From Octopus vulgaris (Eukaryota), in the NCBI GenBank assembly GCA_951406725.2, contig OX597832.1:28706001-28770000 (forward strand): DNA of 64,000 nt. Reading direction: 5' to 3'. The notes under the pieces are model-generated. The model had not been told where the DNA came from. It worked only from the letters and a program-made list of their open reading frames with translations, and searched no databases. Of this stretch, positions 59,216 through 64,000 are shown in pieces. The position numbers and the translations under genes are program-made. The stretch's first letter is position 1; each line of letters starts with the position of its first letter.

Positions 59216-59699
59216 GGACAGATAGATACACAGACACACAGACAGATAGGTAGATGGACAGACAGTCAGACGAAATACTGTGTCTCTAGAGGTCATTGAT
59301 ATTTAAGTACCAGCTTCCAGGAATGTGTCTAAGGTGTAAAATTGGTAATTCAATAATGTTATACCGTTTTGTTTAGTGGCTACTTAAGTTGTGTGTTTCT
59401 GGGTAATTAATGGTTTGAATGGTTGCCGGTGAAGGAGCAAAAACTTCTGAAATATGGCATATACGCACATTATCCATTTTTCATTTTCGATCTTATTGTT
59501 GTTTCATCAGGAATCTCAGGTAAGAGATGTCGTAACAAAAATCATTCCTGGCAATAATTTCTATAGAAAAGCTGTAGCGATAACATTAACAAGGGATGTA
59601 AGAGCACTGCTAACACAGTAGAACATGGTAATAATAAAAGCATTTAATATACTTTGTAATATATTATGGTTGCATAACGAAATATAGTGTCTCTATAGG

Positions 59700-59815
<116 letters not shown>

Positions 59816-60242
59816 AATTCAAAATGCGATAAAATAAAATTAATTATTATCGCTGGTGTTTCTAGCACATGCCATATATTATTCATATATAAGTACATTA
59901 AAGGCGAAGTATGTACTAGAACCACAGAAGCTTGATAAATTTAGTGAAATGAAGATAAAAACTTTTACTAACTCTGTTCATCTTAGACTGCAGTTTCGCC
60001 TTTTTCAGCAATAAAAATAATATTTATTTACTCAGGTAGGCTCTTCAGTAAGATTCCTGTTATTATGAAGCGCAACTCGATAGACACATGTGCGTCTACT
60101 AATTTGCTCTTTCTAACTAATCAGATCACTGCGCAGACGCAGTGACCTCGTGTGTACCTCGTGTGTACCGTTGGCGGTATATATTTGGTGTTAATTTGCT
60201 TCAGCTTTATTTATTTTTTACATTAATCTTAATCTTATTTCC

Positions 60243-60287
60243 GGCCAGAGTTCTTTCGTCACACGTCTGTGACCTCATCAGTGGTCC
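60243..60287 (-). ncRNA. Putative minimal type I hammerhead ribozyme
   Basis: Minus strand GGACCA-CTGATGA-G-GTCACA-GACG-TGTGAC-GAAA-GAAC-TC-TGGCC: intact core, perfect 6-bp stem II, CUC site. Confidence 0.65.
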
Positions 60288-61285
60288 TTTGCTTTCTTCT
60301 TTCTTATTTGTGTGTCTCTCCTTACTAACGGTCAGTCATTTTGTATTTTGCATATATATATATAACGTATGTATGTACCCACTCACACACGTATGCATAC
60401 ATACCGTGGAATTATTTTGTGCAGCTTCTTGTCAACCAAATTAATTCACAAGAAGACATTGGCCACGCCTAGGTTGTGGCTACGGGGCTAAGAGATTATG
60501 GGACTTAAGTAGAAGACGTGTAACAAATTTAGCAGGAAGAGGGATAGAACCCGGAATCACATGACAGGGCTACACAGCAAACTTGCTTCATAAGCAAACG
60601 ACCGTGTCTGAACGGCGGCCATCTGTTAAACATCTTCAGTTGAAACTCCCACAGATTCTCATCTCTTGATGCTGCGAAAACCACGTGAATTTGTCTCTGT
60701 TGGAATCTCAGAAATGCGACAAAAAAAGGAAAAAGGAAAAAAAGCAGTAAAATAAAGAAAAAACGAAAAAAATATATACAAAAAAATGGAGGGAAAATCC
60801 AATAAAAAGTCACCAAAAGTCAATAAAAGTCAATGAAAATATAATTTCAATTATCATAAACTAGGATTTGATCGATCATCATTATAATACATCTTTTTAA
60901 GATTATCGATCTGCGGCTAGATAAAAGTAACATCTGATTAGATTAGCAGAAAAAGTGAAAGTTATATAGGTCATGTGATCAATAAAAAAAAAAGTGGGGA
61001 AAATAAACAGTCATTCGTAATAGAGAATAACAAATATGAGCGGGGGAAAAAAAATTGTTCTATCCAAAGCTTACAATCAGGGAATGGTAACTTCGATCAG
61101 CAGAAAGAATCTCGTGCTCGTTCCCACAATTCCCTGTCATTACAGAGCGATTGTGGTTGTTGTTGTTGTTGTTGTTGTTGTTGTGACAAAATAATTCATC
61201 GTCGTCGTCGTCGACGCTGACGTCGTCATCGCCATAGTCATCACCATCATAAACACGACGACAACAACGACCACCACCACCACCG

Positions 61286-61327
<42 letters not shown>

Positions 61328-61366
61328 ATAATAATAATAATAATAATAACAACAACAACAATAATA

Positions 61367-61460
61367 GGCGCCGGAGTGGCTGTGTGGTAAGTAGCTTGCT
61401 TACGAACCACATAGTTCTGGGTTCAGTCCCACTGCGTGGCACCTTGGGCATGTGTCTTCT
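61367..61460 (+). mobile_element. SINE family A head
   Basis: GGCGCCGGAGTGGCTGTGTGGTAAG...GGTTCAGTCCCACTGCGTGGCACCTTGGGC. Confidence 0.85.
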
Positions 61461-61514
61461 TTACCATATATATATATATATCTGTGTGTGTGTGTGTGTG
61501 TGTGTGCATATATG

Positions 61515-61549
<35 letters not shown>

Positions 61550-61570
61550 TTGTGTGTGTGTGTATATTTA

Positions 61571-61836
61571 GTGGAGGCACATGGCCTAGTGGCTAGAGCA
61601 GAGGACCTCGCGGGTTCGAATCTCAGACCGGGTGATGTAAGCTCCACGAGGCTCTGGCAGAAATTAATGGTGAACTTCTGCTGACTCTTTCGCCACAACT
61701 TCCTCTTACTCTTTCTTCCTGCATATTGTAGCTCACCTGCGACGGACCGGTATCCCGTCCAGGTGGGGAACCTATATGCCAAGGAAATCGGGAAACCGGC
61801 CCTTATGAGCCAGGCGTGGCTCGAGAAGGAACAAAC
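61571..61836 (+). mobile_element. SINE, body B + tail Y
   Basis: GTGGAGGCACATGGCCTAGTGG head and AAGCTCCACGAGGCTC body as in 2972-3356, but tail as in 42267-42360. Confidence 0.82.
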
Positions 61837-61850
61837 ATATATATATATTT

Positions 61851-61938
<88 letters not shown>

Positions 61939-62354
61939 ATGAAAGGCAGAATGCTAAGCAGGTCGATAGAAAAGAGGTGAAAGCGTGTGGTAGGCGGGAA
62001 GCTATCACAGTTTTGTTGCCTTCACCATGTAACCCTGACCAATTTATCAACAGGTAGAAACGCATGAATACCCTCTACTCACCACGTGGATTATTTTTAT
62101 ATACATACGTATATACACGTACCGGAACACATGCCATAGTACGAACAAATTTATTTCACCATGTATACACACCGGAATCTAAATTTCTGCATACTTAGAT
62201 AAGTGGAGCCATACATTTATATAGCAGACACACAACTCACATAACAGACGCTCACACATACACACAAACATATATGTATACATACATATAAATAGATAGA
62301 TATACATACATAAATATATATATACATATATATATATGCATATATATGTATATA

Positions 62355-62441
<87 letters not shown>

Positions 62442-62480
62442 ATATATACAGATAGATTGATACATACATATATAAATATG

Positions 62481-62511
<31 letters not shown>

Positions 62512-62650
62512 ATGTGTGTGTAGGTATGCATGTATATATGTATACACACGCGCAGACATACGCGCGCGGCGGGAGAAAATTATTTCGTATCTGACCTGAA
62601 GTCAGAAATAAGTAACAATCGAAAATAACCAGCATCTATAATGATGTTAA

Positions 62651-62751
<101 letters not shown>

Positions 62752-64000
62752 CGGATGAAAATTGGAAAATAACAAAGGACCAATCACACACACACACACA
62801 CACACACAAGAATAAATAAGTTTTGTAAAAATCTTTTAAAAGAATGTTCTAGAAAATTGGAAAGAAAGAAGGAAAAATCGATATTCGAAATGACAGTTTG
62901 AGATATGAAATTTTGGAGTGTGTTAAAGATGTTAGCGTTTAAGTGTAAAAGGCAGACGAGGTCTGTTCGGAGTCGTTTGATTGACGGAATGGCTGGGACA
63001 AAACATGGCAGTTTAAATAAGCACAATAACGGAATATATGGAACGAGTCGCTTATTACTAAGCTAATCTAAAACTTATATCGACGATTGTCTTCCATATT
63101 TTTTTTTCTTGTGTAATGGTGGTTGAAGCAGGTTGCATGGAGTGGCCGCGGTTATTTTGGTTATCAGGACAAGAACGACACAAATTACTGTTATTATTAG
63201 AATGAACGCTTAAATATGCCTGCTAACCGTGTAATTAGAAGCTATTATTTATTACTTTAGCAGTATTAATACTCCAAAGTCGATTATTACCTCAATCGAT
63301 ATTGGCTATTCCAAAAAGCTAAAATCTACAGAAGTTACTTAGAGAAATACAAAAAGAAAAATAAAGACGAAATATAAAGGAAGAGAAGAAAACCAAAAAA
63401 TACAAAAAAAACAATAACACAGTTATGCTAGTATTAAATATGTAATTACTTCCAACACAACGTAAAACATGAAAATAATACACATCCGTGATACCAGGGT
63501 ACTATTATCAAAATAAACGCACCCCGTTGACAGAATCAGTGAGAAATTGGAGGGAAAAAATGACTAAATGACAAAATTTCAAATTATTCTGTGTCTAAAT
63601 CGGTAAAAGCTTTCGATATCAGCTCGATCGTTGTTAATTCTTACTGAGGAAATTGTCTTTCTTGGAGGAATCATCGAAGATAGATATCAGGCTATTAAAA
63701 TTGCAAATACTAAATTTATAACAATCTTAACTATTGTTGGAAATATGAAATTTTTTTCCCTCCAAACTTCCTGAATTTATTTAAGTGGTATTTCTTTTTC
63801 TTTTTTTTCTTTTTTTTTTTTTTTTTTTGGTTTCATTGTTCAGAAAGGGTTTCTGTTACAGTGTTGCTGCTGCTGCTGTTGCTGTTGAGCGAACGGTCTT
63901 CGTCCCAGAGCTCGCAAGATGGGAGAAGTCCGAAACGTGGTCCTTTGCTATTCGTAAGACCCGCAGAAGAGAAAGCAGGTCAACCCCCGACACCGAGAGC

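Overview
Eukaryotic, AT-rich, repeat-saturated non-coding DNA. From recall, the SINE families and extreme (TA)n/(CA)n/(CATA)n/(GATA)n/(TAT)n density look like an octopus (coleoid cephalopod) genome; this is not a database result. I can support no intact host protein-coding gene, tRNA, rRNA or CRISPR array, and nearly all ORF-track entries are translated microsatellites or SINEs. The window holds several tRNA-derived SINE families (working labels A-D, mine), one copy with an 11-bp target-site duplication. It also holds decayed non-LTR retrotransposons (RTE-like RT, R4/Dong-like and HERO-like 3' ends, Penelope-like remnants), mariner MITEs, a mariner transposase pseudogene and a non-autonomous Helitron. 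Highlights: (1) two near-canonical minimal type I hammerhead ribozyme motifs (28081-28166 +, 60243-60287 -) plus decayed relatives; (2) (TA)n-embedded 'hairpin plus unpaired tail' elements, including a perfect 106-bp palindrome, resembling inverted Penelope pseudo-LTRs; (3) all four combinations of two SINE bodies and two tails; (4) a (TAA)n tract carrying two copies of a chimeric 555-bp element and an R4/Dong-like 3' end; (5) fold-back duplications centred on (TA)n tracts. Boundaries of decayed elements are approximate.
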